DNA of 64,000 bases from Nannocystaceae bacterium ST9. Lineage in GTDB: Bacteria > Myxococcota_A > Polyangia > Nannocystales > Nannocystaceae. Below, piece after piece: positions 1 through 8,259 of this stretch; position 1 is the first letter of the stretch, and each line of letters opens with the position of its first letter. The notes beneath the pieces were generated by a model that saw only the letters and a list, made by a program, of their open reading frames with translations, made no database searches and was not told the DNA's origin. The stretch is taken from contig JBLWFJ010000001.1 of the NCBI GenBank assembly GCA_048320885.1, positions 1,477,642 to 1,541,641 on the forward strand, in the 5' to 3' direction. Made by a program: the position numbers and the translations under genes.

Positions 1-165
1 CGTGGTGGTCGTGGTCGTGGTCTTCGCCGGGCTGGTGTCGACTTGCCGAACGTCCGCCGGTGGCGGCGGCGTCTGGGCCGGACAGCCGAGCAACGAGAGC
101 GAGAGTGGGACCGACGAAGCGAGCGCGAGCCTACGCATGGCCGGCAGGGTATATCATCGCGACCG

Positions 166-810
166 GTGCGAACTCTTGCGCGAGCGTGGCTTCTGTCGGG
201 GTTGCTGCTGGGCTGCGCGGTCGAGCCCGAGCTCGAGCCGACCGCGTCCGTCGAGGCCCAGCCGATCGTGACCGAGCCACCCGTGTCCGAGCTACCCGTG
301 CCCGAGCCACCCGAACCCGAACCACCCGAAGCGCCCGCCCGCGAGCTCGCACGAGCCCGCTGCGCCGACACGACGGCGATCTGGTCGGGCATCGATCCCA
401 ACGAGGCGCCCGGCGACCACTACCCGATCGAGTATGGGTTTCACTCGCTGGCCTTTCGCTTCGATGCGGGTCCACACGCCGGCGAGACGATCGCGTTCGA
501 GCCTCGTGGCGTTCTGTTCTTCTCGGACTGGCGACGCGAGATCTTCTCGCCCGACTGCCGACGGGTCGCGCTGCTGCAAGACCGCTTCGGCCCCTACCAC
601 GTGGTCGCGCTCGATCGTCTGCCCGAGTACCTGCGTGGCGAGGCCGAGCCCGAGGCCGTGCTGACCTGGTGCTCGGGCTGCACGTCGGCGGCCGTCCACG
701 CCGACGCGCGCTGGCTCGACGCCGACACCCTCGTCTACGAGGCCGGCGCCTGCGGAACGAGCGAGACCGTGCGCGTCGATCTGCCCGCCCAATCCAAGTG
801 TCGCGAGTGA
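166..810 (+). CDS. hypothetical lipoprotein (signal peptide with lipobox LLSGLLLGC, Pro/Glu-rich linker)
   Basis: In-frame GTG at 166 precedes a lipoprotein-type signal (RTLARAWLLSGLLLGC). GC3-rich frame. No recognisable catalytic motif. Confidence 0.4.
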   Translation: MRTLARAWLLSGLLLGCAVEPELEPTASVEAQPIVTEPPVSELPVPEPPEPEPPEAPARELARARCADTTAIWSGIDPNEAPGDHYPIEYGFHSLAFRFDAGPHAGETIAFEPRGVLFFSDWRREIFSPDCRRVALLQDRFGPYHVVALDRLPEYLRGEAEPEAVLTWCSGCTSAAVHADARWLDADTLVYEAGACGTSETVRVDLPAQSKCRE

Positions 811-837
811 GCGCGGCGATCTGCTATCGTCGCCGCG

Positions 838-1302
838 ATGCGCCTGCAGCCTTGCCCCTCGTGTGGTCGCCATGTCCGGGTCGCCGACGGTGACTGCCCC
901 TTTTGTGGCGCGGGCCTGACCACGTCCGCGCCCGGCTGGCTCTCGATCGCCCTGTTCGGGCTCGCGTTGGTCGGCTGCGATGCCAAGCCCGAGCCCACGA
1001 AGAAGGAAGACACCAAGACCAAGGCCGACGCGCCGCAGCCCGAGCCCGCGCAGCCCGAGCCGGCCAAGCCTGAGCCCGCCCAGCCCGAGCCGCCGCCGGA
1101 GCCTTCGACCTCGACGACCACGGGCGCACCCGCCGAGGGCACGACCAGCACCACGGGCGCCGACGACGGGGCCACCACCGCGCAAGAGCCGGTGGTCGAT
1201 GACCCGCCGATGAAGCCCAAGTACGGCGCGCCGCGGCCCGACCCGCGCCCGGCCAAGAAGTACGGCGCGCCGCCCAAGCCCGACTCCGACTCGCTCGACT
1301 GA
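838..1302 (+). CDS. zinc-ribbon (CPSC...CPFC) protein with membrane anchor and Pro-rich PEPAQPEP and KYGAPxPDP repeats
   Basis: N-terminal CxxC-x14-CxxC ribbon, then a hydrophobic segment (LSIALFGLALVGC), then low-complexity Pro/Thr-rich repeats. Stop TGA overlaps the ATG of the downstream radical SAM gene (tgATGg). Confidence 0.55.
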   Translation: MRLQPCPSCGRHVRVADGDCPFCGAGLTTSAPGWLSIALFGLALVGCDAKPEPTKKEDTKTKADAPQPEPAQPEPAKPEPAQPEPPPEPSTSTTTGAPAEGTTSTTGADDGATTAQEPVVDDPPMKPKYGAPRPDPRPAKKYGAPPKPDSDSLD

Positions 1303-2576
1303 TGGCCGGCTCGCTCCCGATCGCCTCGTCGACGCCCGCGCGCCTCCGCCTGCCGCTCGCGCCCGACCTGCGGCCCCGCGATCGCGTGCGACCGCAGTAC
1401 GCGGTCTGGGAGATCACGCTGCGCTGCGACCTGGCCTGCAAGCACTGCGGCAGTCGAGCCGGGCGGGCGCGGCCCGACGAGCTGAGCACCGACGAGGCGC
1501 TCGATCTGGTCGCGCAGATGGCCGAGCTCGGCGTCGAAGAGACGACGATCATCGGCGGCGAGGCCTACCTGCGCGACGACTGGCCGACGATCGCCGCCGC
1601 GCTGACGGCCGCCGGCATCCGCTGCTCGATGACCACCGGCGGGCGAGCGCTGACGGCCGAGCGAGTCGCGGCCGCCAAGCAGGCCGGGGTCGAGACGGTC
1701 TCGGTCTCGATCGACGGGCTCGCCGACACCCACGACCACCTGCGCGCGCTCGCGGGCAGCCACGCCGCGGCCCTGCGCGCGCTCGAGCACCTGCAGGCCG
1801 CCGAGCTGCCGCGCTCGGTCAACACCCAGATGTGCGGGGTCAACCTCCGCGAGATCGAGCCGCTGCTCGAGACGCTCGCGCGCTTCGAGATCCACAGCTG
1901 GCAGGTCCAGATCACCGTGGCGATGGGCCGCGCCGCCGATCACCCCGAGCTGCTCTTGCAGCCCTGGCAGATGCTCGAGCTGATGCCGCTGGTCGCCCGC
2001 GTGCACCGGCGCTGCGAGCAGCTCGGCATTCGCCTGTGGCCGGCCAGCAACATCGGCTACTTCGGCCCCTACGAGGCCCTGCTTCGCCACGATCACCGCG
2101 ACGGCCACCAGACCGGCTGCGAGGCGGGCACGCGCACGCTCGGCATCGAGGCCAACGGCGACATCAAGGGCTGCCCCTCGCTGCCGAGCCGCGACTACGT
2201 CGGCGGCAACGTCCGCGAGCATCGCCTGCGCGAGATCTGGGAGCGGGCCGACGTGCTGCGCTTCAATCGCGAGCCGCGTGTCCACGAGCTCTGGGGTCAC
2301 TGCGGGACCTGCTACTACGCCGACACCTGCAAGTCGGGCTGCACCTGGACCGGCCACGTGCTCTTCGGTCGGCGCGGCAACAACCCCTACTGTCACCACC
2401 GCGCGCTCGAGCTGCTGCGCGCCGGTCGACGCGAGCGGATCGAGCTGGCCACGCCCGCGCCCGGGCTGCCCTTCGATCACGGCGAGTATCGCTTGGTCGA
2501 GGAAGACTGGCCGAGCGCGCTGCTCGAGCGGGCTCGCGCGGTCGCGAGCTCGGGCGAAGGTTGGATCGACGAGTGA
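1302..2576 (+). CDS. radical SAM/SPASM-domain protein (peptide-modifying maturase-like)
   Basis: CDLACKHC motif (CxxxCxxC). C-terminal Cys-rich SPASM-like region (GCEAG...CPSL...HCGTCYYADTCKSGC). Tightly coupled to upstream and downstream genes. Confidence 0.85.
   Translation: MAGSLPIASSTPARLRLPLAPDLRPRDRVRPQYAVWEITLRCDLACKHCGSRAGRARPDELSTDEALDLVAQMAELGVEETTIIGGEAYLRDDWPTIAAALTAAGIRCSMTTGGRALTAERVAAAKQAGVETVSVSIDGLADTHDHLRALAGSHAAALRALEHLQAAELPRSVNTQMCGVNLREIEPLLETLARFEIHSWQVQITVAMGRAADHPELLLQPWQMLELMPLVARVHRRCEQLGIRLWPASNIGYFGPYEALLRHDHRDGHQTGCEAGTRTLGIEANGDIKGCPSLPSRDYVGGNVREHRLREIWERADVLRFNREPRVHELWGHCGTCYYADTCKSGCTWTGHVLFGRRGNNPYCHHRALELLRAGRRERIELATPAPGLPFDHGEYRLVEEDWPSALLERARAVASSGEGWIDE
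2441..2498. repeat. 58-bp direct repeat, copy 1 (3' end of radical SAM CDS); partner at 3966..4023
   Basis: gagctggccacgcccgcgccc[g/a]ggctgcccttcgatcacggcgagtatcgcttggtcg is present twice with one mismatch. Confidence 0.8.
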
Positions 2577-2579
2577 GTC

Positions 2580-3827
2580 ATGGCCCTGCCGATCGAGCCC
2601 GACGAGTGCGAGTGGCTGATCGATCGGACGGCCGAGCTCGTCGCCGCGGTCGGCTGGCGCGGCTACGTGTCGGCGCCCCTGGTGCTGCCCGACGCGCAGA
2701 GCTTCCCCGAGCCCTGGACGGCCGACGCTCGCGCCCTGCGTCGGCTGGCCCGGCGTCTGCTCGCGTACGCCGGGCTCGGCCAGCTCGGCGTCGAGCTCGA
2801 GCTGTTCGAGGGTGAGCGCGAGCTCGAACTCGACGCCCAGGGTCGCGACCGAGTCGTCGGTCATCAAGGTGCGGCTGCGTGGTTCGCCGGCATCGTCGAT
2901 GGCGTGTGCCAGTTCGGCTGCGAGGTCGATCAACTCCGCGATCCGATCGGCGTGGTCGGGGCGATGGCCCACGAGGTCGCCCACGCGTTTCGCCGACACC
3001 ACGCGATCGAGGTCGAGGACACCGATCTGGAGGAGCGGCTGACCGACCTGACCTCCGTGTATCTCGGCTTCGGCGTGCTCACGACCAACGCCGCGCTCCG
3101 CCACCGCTCGTACGGAAACGACGACGGCCTGATGCTGGGTCACCGCTGGACTCGCAACCAGCTCGGCTACCTGCCCGCGGCCGCGATGGCGTACGCACTG
3201 GCGCTCTGGCAGCTCGCGCGTGGCGACGACGAGCACGAGGCCAAGGCGATCCGCCGCGCGCTCGAGATCAACCAAGCGGCGTGGTTCAAGACCTCGCTCG
3301 CGTCGCTGCGCAAGCGAAAAGCCTCGCTCGCGCTGCTTCGCGAGCTGCCCGCGCGCGAAACCTGGCCGAAGCGACCCGAGCTCGGCGAGCTCGCGCTCCC
3401 CGACGCGGAGGACGACGACGCGGCCGAGCCGAACGACGACGCCGAGCCGAACGCCGACGACGAGCCAGGGATCGTGTTTCGAATCCGCGGTCGCCGAGCG
3501 TGGGGCCAGGGGAACGTCGGATTGGTCGCCGCCGGCGGCGGGATCCTGGTCGCGATGATGGGCGGATCCTCGACATGGTTCGTCGCCGCGTTCGCGCTCG
3601 TCGGTGGCGCGCTCGCCTATGGCTTCGAGCCGATCGGCTACTGCTCGGACCCCGACTGCGATCGCAACATCGGCCCGAGCGACGTGGTGTGTCCGGGCTG
3701 CCGCCGCCGGATCGCCGGCGAGATCAGCCACCGCAAGCATCGGCTCGCCGCCGAGGAGGCCGTACTCGAAGGACGCCCACTGCCGGGCGCGAACCCGATG
3801 ATCAACGAGCCCCCAGGCGACGAGTGA
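2580..3827 (+). CDS. HExxH (HEVAH) putative zinc-metallopeptidase-like membrane protein with C-terminal CxxC...CxxC zinc ribbon
   Basis: AHEVAHAF motif. Two predicted TM helices near the C-terminus (GLVAAGGGILVAMMGG / FVAAFALVGGALAYGF), followed by CSDPDC...CPGCRRR. Starts 4 nt after the radical SAM stop. Confidence 0.55.
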   Translation: MALPIEPDECEWLIDRTAELVAAVGWRGYVSAPLVLPDAQSFPEPWTADARALRRLARRLLAYAGLGQLGVELELFEGERELELDAQGRDRVVGHQGAAAWFAGIVDGVCQFGCEVDQLRDPIGVVGAMAHEVAHAFRRHHAIEVEDTDLEERLTDLTSVYLGFGVLTTNAALRHRSYGNDDGLMLGHRWTRNQLGYLPAAAMAYALALWQLARGDDEHEAKAIRRALEINQAAWFKTSLASLRKRKASLALLRELPARETWPKRPELGELALPDAEDDDAAEPNDDAEPNADDEPGIVFRIRGRRAWGQGNVGLVAAGGGILVAMMGGSSTWFVAAFALVGGALAYGFEPIGYCSDPDCDRNIGPSDVVCPGCRRRIAGEISHRKHRLAAEEAVLEGRPLPGANPMINEPPGDE

Positions 3828-3837
3828 TCGGATCTCG

Positions 3838-3962
3838 TCAAACTTGCGAGACCCTTGGGAAGCGCTTGCGAAGACGAGGCCCCGCGAGCCTGGATGGCCC
3901 CCGAGCGAAGAATGAATGAGCGAGCGAACGCGAAGCGAACAGACGCGAAGCGCTTGCGAGGA
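3838..3962 (-). repeat. GC-rich interspersed repeat (REP/MITE-like family), inverted orientation
   Basis: Its reverse complement matches the 'cctcctcgcaagcgcttcgcg..ttcgcttcgcgttcgctcgctcattc' core seen at 6330-6400 and 53270-53330. Confidence 0.7.
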
Positions 3963-3965
3963 GGG

Positions 3966-4023
3966 GAGCTGGCCACGCCCGCGCCCAGGCTGCCCTTCGA
4001 TCACGGCGAGTATCGCTTGGTCG
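3966..4023. repeat. 58-bp direct repeat, copy 2 (encodes ELATPAPRLPFDHGEYRLV, a duplicate of the radical SAM C-terminus)
   Basis: Near-identical to 2441..2498. Together the copies flank the HExxH gene plus a REP-like element. Confidence 0.8.
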
Positions 4024-4096
4024 GTGCGACGACGGGTCGCACGACGAACTGACGCAGGGGACACGACGCTCGGGCTCGCGTGTTAGTAGGGCCGCG

Positions 4097-5038
4097 ATGT
4101 CGCTCGTACGCTCGAAGGTCCTCTCGCTCACGATGCTCGCCCCGCTCCTGTCGGGCTGCCCCGCCGAGGAGCCGCCGATGGAGCCGTTCAGCCTGCGCTT
4201 TGCCGCCAGCGCCGACGGACAGGAGGTCGGCTGCGGCAGCGAGATCACCGGGCTCGGGCCGATGGGGCAGCATGTCGTGCGGCCCGCGGATCTGCGCTTC
4301 TACGTCAGCAACCTGCAGTTCTTCGACGCCGCGGGCGAGCCGATCGAGCTCGAGCTCGACCAAGACGAGTTTCAGTACCGCAGCGAGGCCGGCGAGGTCG
4401 CGCTGGTCGATCTGACCGGCACCGTCGATGGCGCCTGCTCGGCCTCGGCGATCGCCTTCGCCGAGGGCACCGCTCGCACCCACACCGCGATCACCGGCAA
4501 GACCCACGTCGATCACGTGGCGCGGATCAGCTTCGAGGTCGCCGTCCCGCAGCGGCTCATGCAGGAGACGATCGCCGCGAGCACGGCCGAGGCCGCCCCC
4601 TCGCCGCTCGCCGAGCTGTACTGGTCGTGGGCGACCGGCTACCGCCACTTCGTGTTCAACTTCGAGGTCGACGCCGGCGGAGAGCTCGGCGGCGGCTACC
4701 TGCACATCGGCAGCCGCGACTGCGGAGTCGAGGGCTCGCTCGCGCTCGAGGACCGCGACGAGTGCGGGTTCATCAACAACCCGGCGGTCGAGCTCGACGG
4801 CTTCGACCTGCGCGCGAACACGGTCATGCTCGACATCCCCGCCCTGCTCGCCTCGCTCGACTTCATCTCGCCGATCTACGACCCCGAGACCTTCGAGCCG
4901 ATCGGCGAGGGTCCCGGGGTCGAGTGCCACTCGTCCCCGATGCAGCCCGACTGCGAGACGATCTTCACCAACGTCGGCCTCGACATGGCGTCCGGCAGCG
5001 CCAGCGCGACCGCCAACGCCGTGTTCTTCGGAGGCTGA
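4097..5038 (+). CDS. MbnP-like / 'metallo-mystery pair' four-Cys motif periplasmic protein
   Basis: Signal peptide with lipobox (LLSGC) and conserved Cys pairs. Immediately upstream of, and almost abutting, a di-heme CCP-like gene (stop TGA 5036-5038, next start GTG 5040). Confidence 0.55.
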   Translation: MSLVRSKVLSLTMLAPLLSGCPAEEPPMEPFSLRFAASADGQEVGCGSEITGLGPMGQHVVRPADLRFYVSNLQFFDAAGEPIELELDQDEFQYRSEAGEVALVDLTGTVDGACSASAIAFAEGTARTHTAITGKTHVDHVARISFEVAVPQRLMQETIAASTAEAAPSPLAELYWSWATGYRHFVFNFEVDAGGELGGGYLHIGSRDCGVEGSLALEDRDECGFINNPAVELDGFDLRANTVMLDIPALLASLDFISPIYDPETFEPIGEGPGVECHSSPMQPDCETIFTNVGLDMASGSASATANAVFFGG

Positions 5039-5039
5039 C

Positions 5040-6200
5040 GTGGATCGGCTCGCGTCGCTCATCGCCCTGCTCTCCACGCTCGTGGCCTGCGAGTCGCCCG
5101 AACCGGACGACCCGAGCGAGGTCGACGACGCGGCCCTCCGCGAGCTGCTCGGCGTCCCCGACCACTTCGTGACGCCGGCGATCCCGGCCGGCAACCCGCC
5201 GACGGCCGAGAAGATCGAGCTCGGCCGCCGGCTCTTCCACGACCGCCGGCTCTCGGGCAACCAGACCCAGTCGTGCGCCGACTGTCACCTGCAGGAGCTG
5301 GCGTTCAGCGACGGCCTGACGACCCCGACCGGATCGACCGGCACGCTGCTCGAGCGCAACAGCCAAGGCCTCGCCAACGTCGCGTACCTGCCCTCGCTGA
5401 CCTGGGCGAGCGACGGGCTGCTCGAGCTCGAGCAGCAGATCCACGTGCCGCTGACCGCCGACGCGCCAATCGAGCTCGGCGTGACCGACGGCATCCGCGA
5501 CGAGGTGCTCGCGCGCTTCGAGGACGACCCGGAGTACGCGGCGATGTTCGCCGCCGCGTTCCCGGACCTCGCGGGCGAGATCACGCTCGATCACGTCGTG
5601 TTCGCGCTGGCCAGCTTCTGTCGCACCTTGATCAGCGGCGCGAGCCCCTACGATCGCTTCTTGGCCGGCGACGAAGCGGCGCTGACCGAAGAGCAGCGGC
5701 TCGGCATGAGCCTGTTCAACGGCGAGCGCTTCGAGTGCTTCCACTGCCATGGCGGCATCAACTTCACCGCCGCCTACCGCGACGCGCGGCACGATCCTGC
5801 GGACCCGCGCCTGGTGTTCTTCAACAACGGCCTCTACGACGTCGACGGCGAAGGCAGCTACCCGGCCCACGATCAGGGCCTCTACGAGCTGACCTTCGAC
5901 CCCGACCACCGCGGCCTCTTTCGCCCGCCGAGCCTGCGCAACGTCGCGCTCACCGCCCCCTACATGCACGACGGCAGCATCGCGACCCTGCGCGAGGTCG
6001 TCGAGCACTACGCCGCAGGCGGCCGACTCATCACCGAAGGCCCCAACGCCGGCGACGGTCGAGTCAGCCCGCTCAAGTCGGGCCTGGTGCGCAGCTTCGA
6101 AGCGAGCGACGAAGAGATCGACGCCGTCGTCGCCTTCCTCGAAGCGCTCACCGACGAGTCGTTCGTGACCAACCCCGCGCTCGCCGACCCCTTCGAGTGA
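5040..6200 (+). CDS. di-heme cytochrome c peroxidase-family enzyme (MbnH-like, MXAN_0977-type)
   Basis: Two CxxCH motifs (CADCH, CFHCHGG) with spacing typical of the CCP/MauG fold. N-terminal signal/lipobox. Confidence 0.8.
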   Translation: MDRLASLIALLSTLVACESPEPDDPSEVDDAALRELLGVPDHFVTPAIPAGNPPTAEKIELGRRLFHDRRLSGNQTQSCADCHLQELAFSDGLTTPTGSTGTLLERNSQGLANVAYLPSLTWASDGLLELEQQIHVPLTADAPIELGVTDGIRDEVLARFEDDPEYAAMFAAAFPDLAGEITLDHVVFALASFCRTLISGASPYDRFLAGDEAALTEEQRLGMSLFNGERFECFHCHGGINFTAAYRDARHDPADPRLVFFNNGLYDVDGEGSYPAHDQGLYELTFDPDHRGLFRPPSLRNVALTAPYMHDGSIATLREVVEHYAAGGRLITEGPNAGDGRVSPLKSGLVRSFEASDEEIDAVVAFLEALTDESFVTNPALADPFE

Positions 6201-6202
6201 GG

Positions 6203-6580
6203 GGGGTCTGGTTTGATGGAGGGCGTTCCGCCGCCCTCCCCCGTGCCGAGCAAGCTCGTCACGGGTCCCCCTCCTCTGGTTTTTCTGGAGGCCCTTCCGC
6301 GGGCCTCCCCCGTGCCGGCGGAGCCGTCACGGGTCCCCCTCCTCGCAAGCGCTTCGCGCCTGTTCGCTTCGCGTTCGCTCGCTCATTCCTTTGCTCGGAG
6401 GTGAGCCAGGCATCGCATTCGCTCGCTCATTGCTTTGCTCGGAGGTGAGCCAGGCATCGAGCCTGGTCGCTTCGCGCTCGCTCATTCCTTGCTCGGAGGT
6501 GAGCCAGGCTTCGGGCTTGGTCGCTTCGCGTTCGCTCGCTCGGCGCGATCGCGTTCGCTCGCTCAGTGGAAGATCTCGTG
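6203..6580. repeat. composite GC-rich repeat block: two tandem hairpin units (ggaggSc-ttcc-gScgccctcc ...gtcacgggtccccctcctc) plus a ~40-nt unit x3 (cgctcgctcattcctttgctcggaggtgagccaggcatc)
   Basis: Direct inspection of the sequence. Shares a core with the repeats at 3838-3962, 33640-33990 and 53218-53420. Confidence 0.8.
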
Positions 6581-7678
6581 GCCGAGGCGCTCGAGTTCGG
6601 CGAGGGTGTCGGGGGGATCGACGTGGCGTGGGGCGGTCCAGATTCGCAGGCCTGGGCGGCTGGTCGCGATCGCGTCGATCGAGCGGCGGGTGCGGTGGCC
6701 GAGCTCGTGGATGCCGGCGTAGGTGGTGCACAGGCGATCGACGACGGCCCGGGCGGCCTCGCTCTCGCCGAGCTGGGCGAACACGGCTCGCTCGATTCGC
6801 TCGCGCGCCGGTGGGTCGGGCAGCTCGGCGTCGGTCCGGTTGAGCAGCACGGCGTCGATCCGCAGGCCGTAGGCGGCGAGCTGGTCGAGGAACTCGCGGG
6901 CCTCGCGAGCGGAGAAGGGTGAGGCGGTGGTCACCAGCAGCACGCCGGTCGCGGGGCTGCGCAGCAGTCGTTCGAAGTCGCCGCCGCGACGGTGGAACTC
7001 GCCGAGCACCTCGGCGAACTCGCGCAGGAAGGCGCCGAGGTCCCCGATGAAGTCGCCGCCGCCGATCTGCCGGAGCGTCTTGCCGAGCACCGAGCCGCCG
7101 AGCCCGAGGATCTTGGCGCCGACCCGGCCGGTCCCGGCCAGCAGGCGCGCGCCGGGGTTGTCGATCAGCTCGCGGACCTGCTTGGGCGCGTCGAGGAAGT
7201 CGATCGCGTTGGCGGTCGGCGGGGTGTCGAGGACGATCAGGTCGTGCTCGCCGGCGTCGTGGAGCATCTGAACGCGGGCCATCGCGGCGAACTCGAGCGC
7301 ACCCGAGAGCCGCTGGGCGGTCGCGCGATAGATCCGACTGGCGAGGATCTTGTCGGCGCTGGCCGGGTTGCTCGCGCAGGTGCGGACGATCGTGTCGAAC
7401 ACCTTGGCGCCGTCGAGCACGAGCGCGTCGAGGTGGCCGCCCTCGCGCCGGACCGGGACCAGCTCGCCGGTTCGTCCGCGCGCGTCGAGTCCGAGCGCCT
7501 GGGCGAGTCGGCGCGAGGGATCGATGGTCACGACCGCGACCTTGCGACCCTGGCTCGCGGCGTAGAGCCCGAGCGCGGCGGCGCTGGTGGTCTTGCCGAC
7601 GCCACCGGGGCCCACGCACAAGACCAGCTCGCGGCCGGGGAAGGGCAGGGAGGATCCTGTGGACGGCCTAAGGGGCAT
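6563..7678 (-). CDS. ArsA/GET3-family anion-transporting ATPase (SIMIBI P-loop)
   Basis: Deviant Walker A GPGGVGKTT. Start placed at the internal Met (MPLRP). The longer ORF reaching 7714 would overlap the divergent biotinyl-protein gene. Confidence 0.7.
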   Translation of the reverse strand: MPLRPSTGSSLPFPGRELVLCVGPGGVGKTTSAAALGLYAASQGRKVAVVTIDPSRRLAQALGLDARGRTGELVPVRREGGHLDALVLDGAKVFDTIVRTCASNPASADKILASRIYRATAQRLSGALEFAAMARVQMLHDAGEHDLIVLDTPPTANAIDFLDAPKQVRELIDNPGARLLAGTGRVGAKILGLGGSVLGKTLRQIGGGDFIGDLGAFLREFAEVLGEFHRRGGDFERLLRSPATGVLLVTTASPFSAREAREFLDQLAAYGLRIDAVLLNRTDAELPDPPARERIERAVFAQLGESEAARAVVDRLCTTYAGIHELGHRTRRSIDAIATSRPGLRIWTAPRHVDPPDTLAELERLGHEIFH

Positions 7679-7697
7679 GCAATAACCTCCCGGCGCG

Positions 7698-8252
7698 ATG
7701 GCGGCCGAATCCAACCCCAGCGGCTATCGGATCCGCGTCGGCGAGCGCGAACATCGAGTCGAGATCCTCGCTGCGAGCGAGGGCCAGCCGCTGCGCGTGC
7801 GGGTCGACGGCCACGAGTTCGAGGTCGCGAACGCGGGCGTGCACGCGCTGCGCGTGGCCCCGCAGTCCGGCGAGGATCGTCGGCAGCTCGAGGTCACGCT
7901 CGCCAGCGATGGCGGCCGCGCGAGCGAGGCCTGGCTGTCCGGCACGCGGGCCAAGCTCGCGGTCCAGACCGAGCGCGAGGCTCGGCTCGCGGCCGCGCTC
8001 GGCAAGTCCTCGGCCGGTCACGGCAGCGGCGAGCTGCTCGCCCCGATGCCCGGCCGCGTGGTCAAGGTCGGCATCGCGCTCGGCGATCGCGTCGAGCGAG
8101 GCGCACCGATCATGATCGTCGAGGCCATGAAGATGGAGAACGAGCTGCAGGCCCCGATCAGCGGGATCGTGCGCAGCATCGCCGTGCAGGCCGGCGCCGC
8201 GGTCGATGCCAACCAGGTGCTCTGCGTGATCGAGCCCGAGCCGGCCGCTTGA
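7698..8252 (+). CDS. biotin/lipoyl attachment domain protein (BCCP-like)
   Basis: C-terminal biotinyl-domain consensus: IMIVEAMKMENELQAP...VLCVIEP. Confidence 0.65.
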   Translation: MAAESNPSGYRIRVGEREHRVEILAASEGQPLRVRVDGHEFEVANAGVHALRVAPQSGEDRRQLEVTLASDGGRASEAWLSGTRAKLAVQTEREARLAAALGKSSAGHGSGELLAPMPGRVVKVGIALGDRVERGAPIMIVEAMKMENELQAPISGIVRSIAVQAGAAVDANQVLCVIEPEPAA

Positions 8253-8259
8253 GCGCCGC

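Noticed and set aside
735-4064. 1109-aa minus-strand ORF spanning the radical SAM operon
   Set aside because: Antisense to three well-supported plus-strand genes. Arg/Ala/Gly-rich composition typical of wrong-frame ORFs in 70% GC DNA. No motifs.
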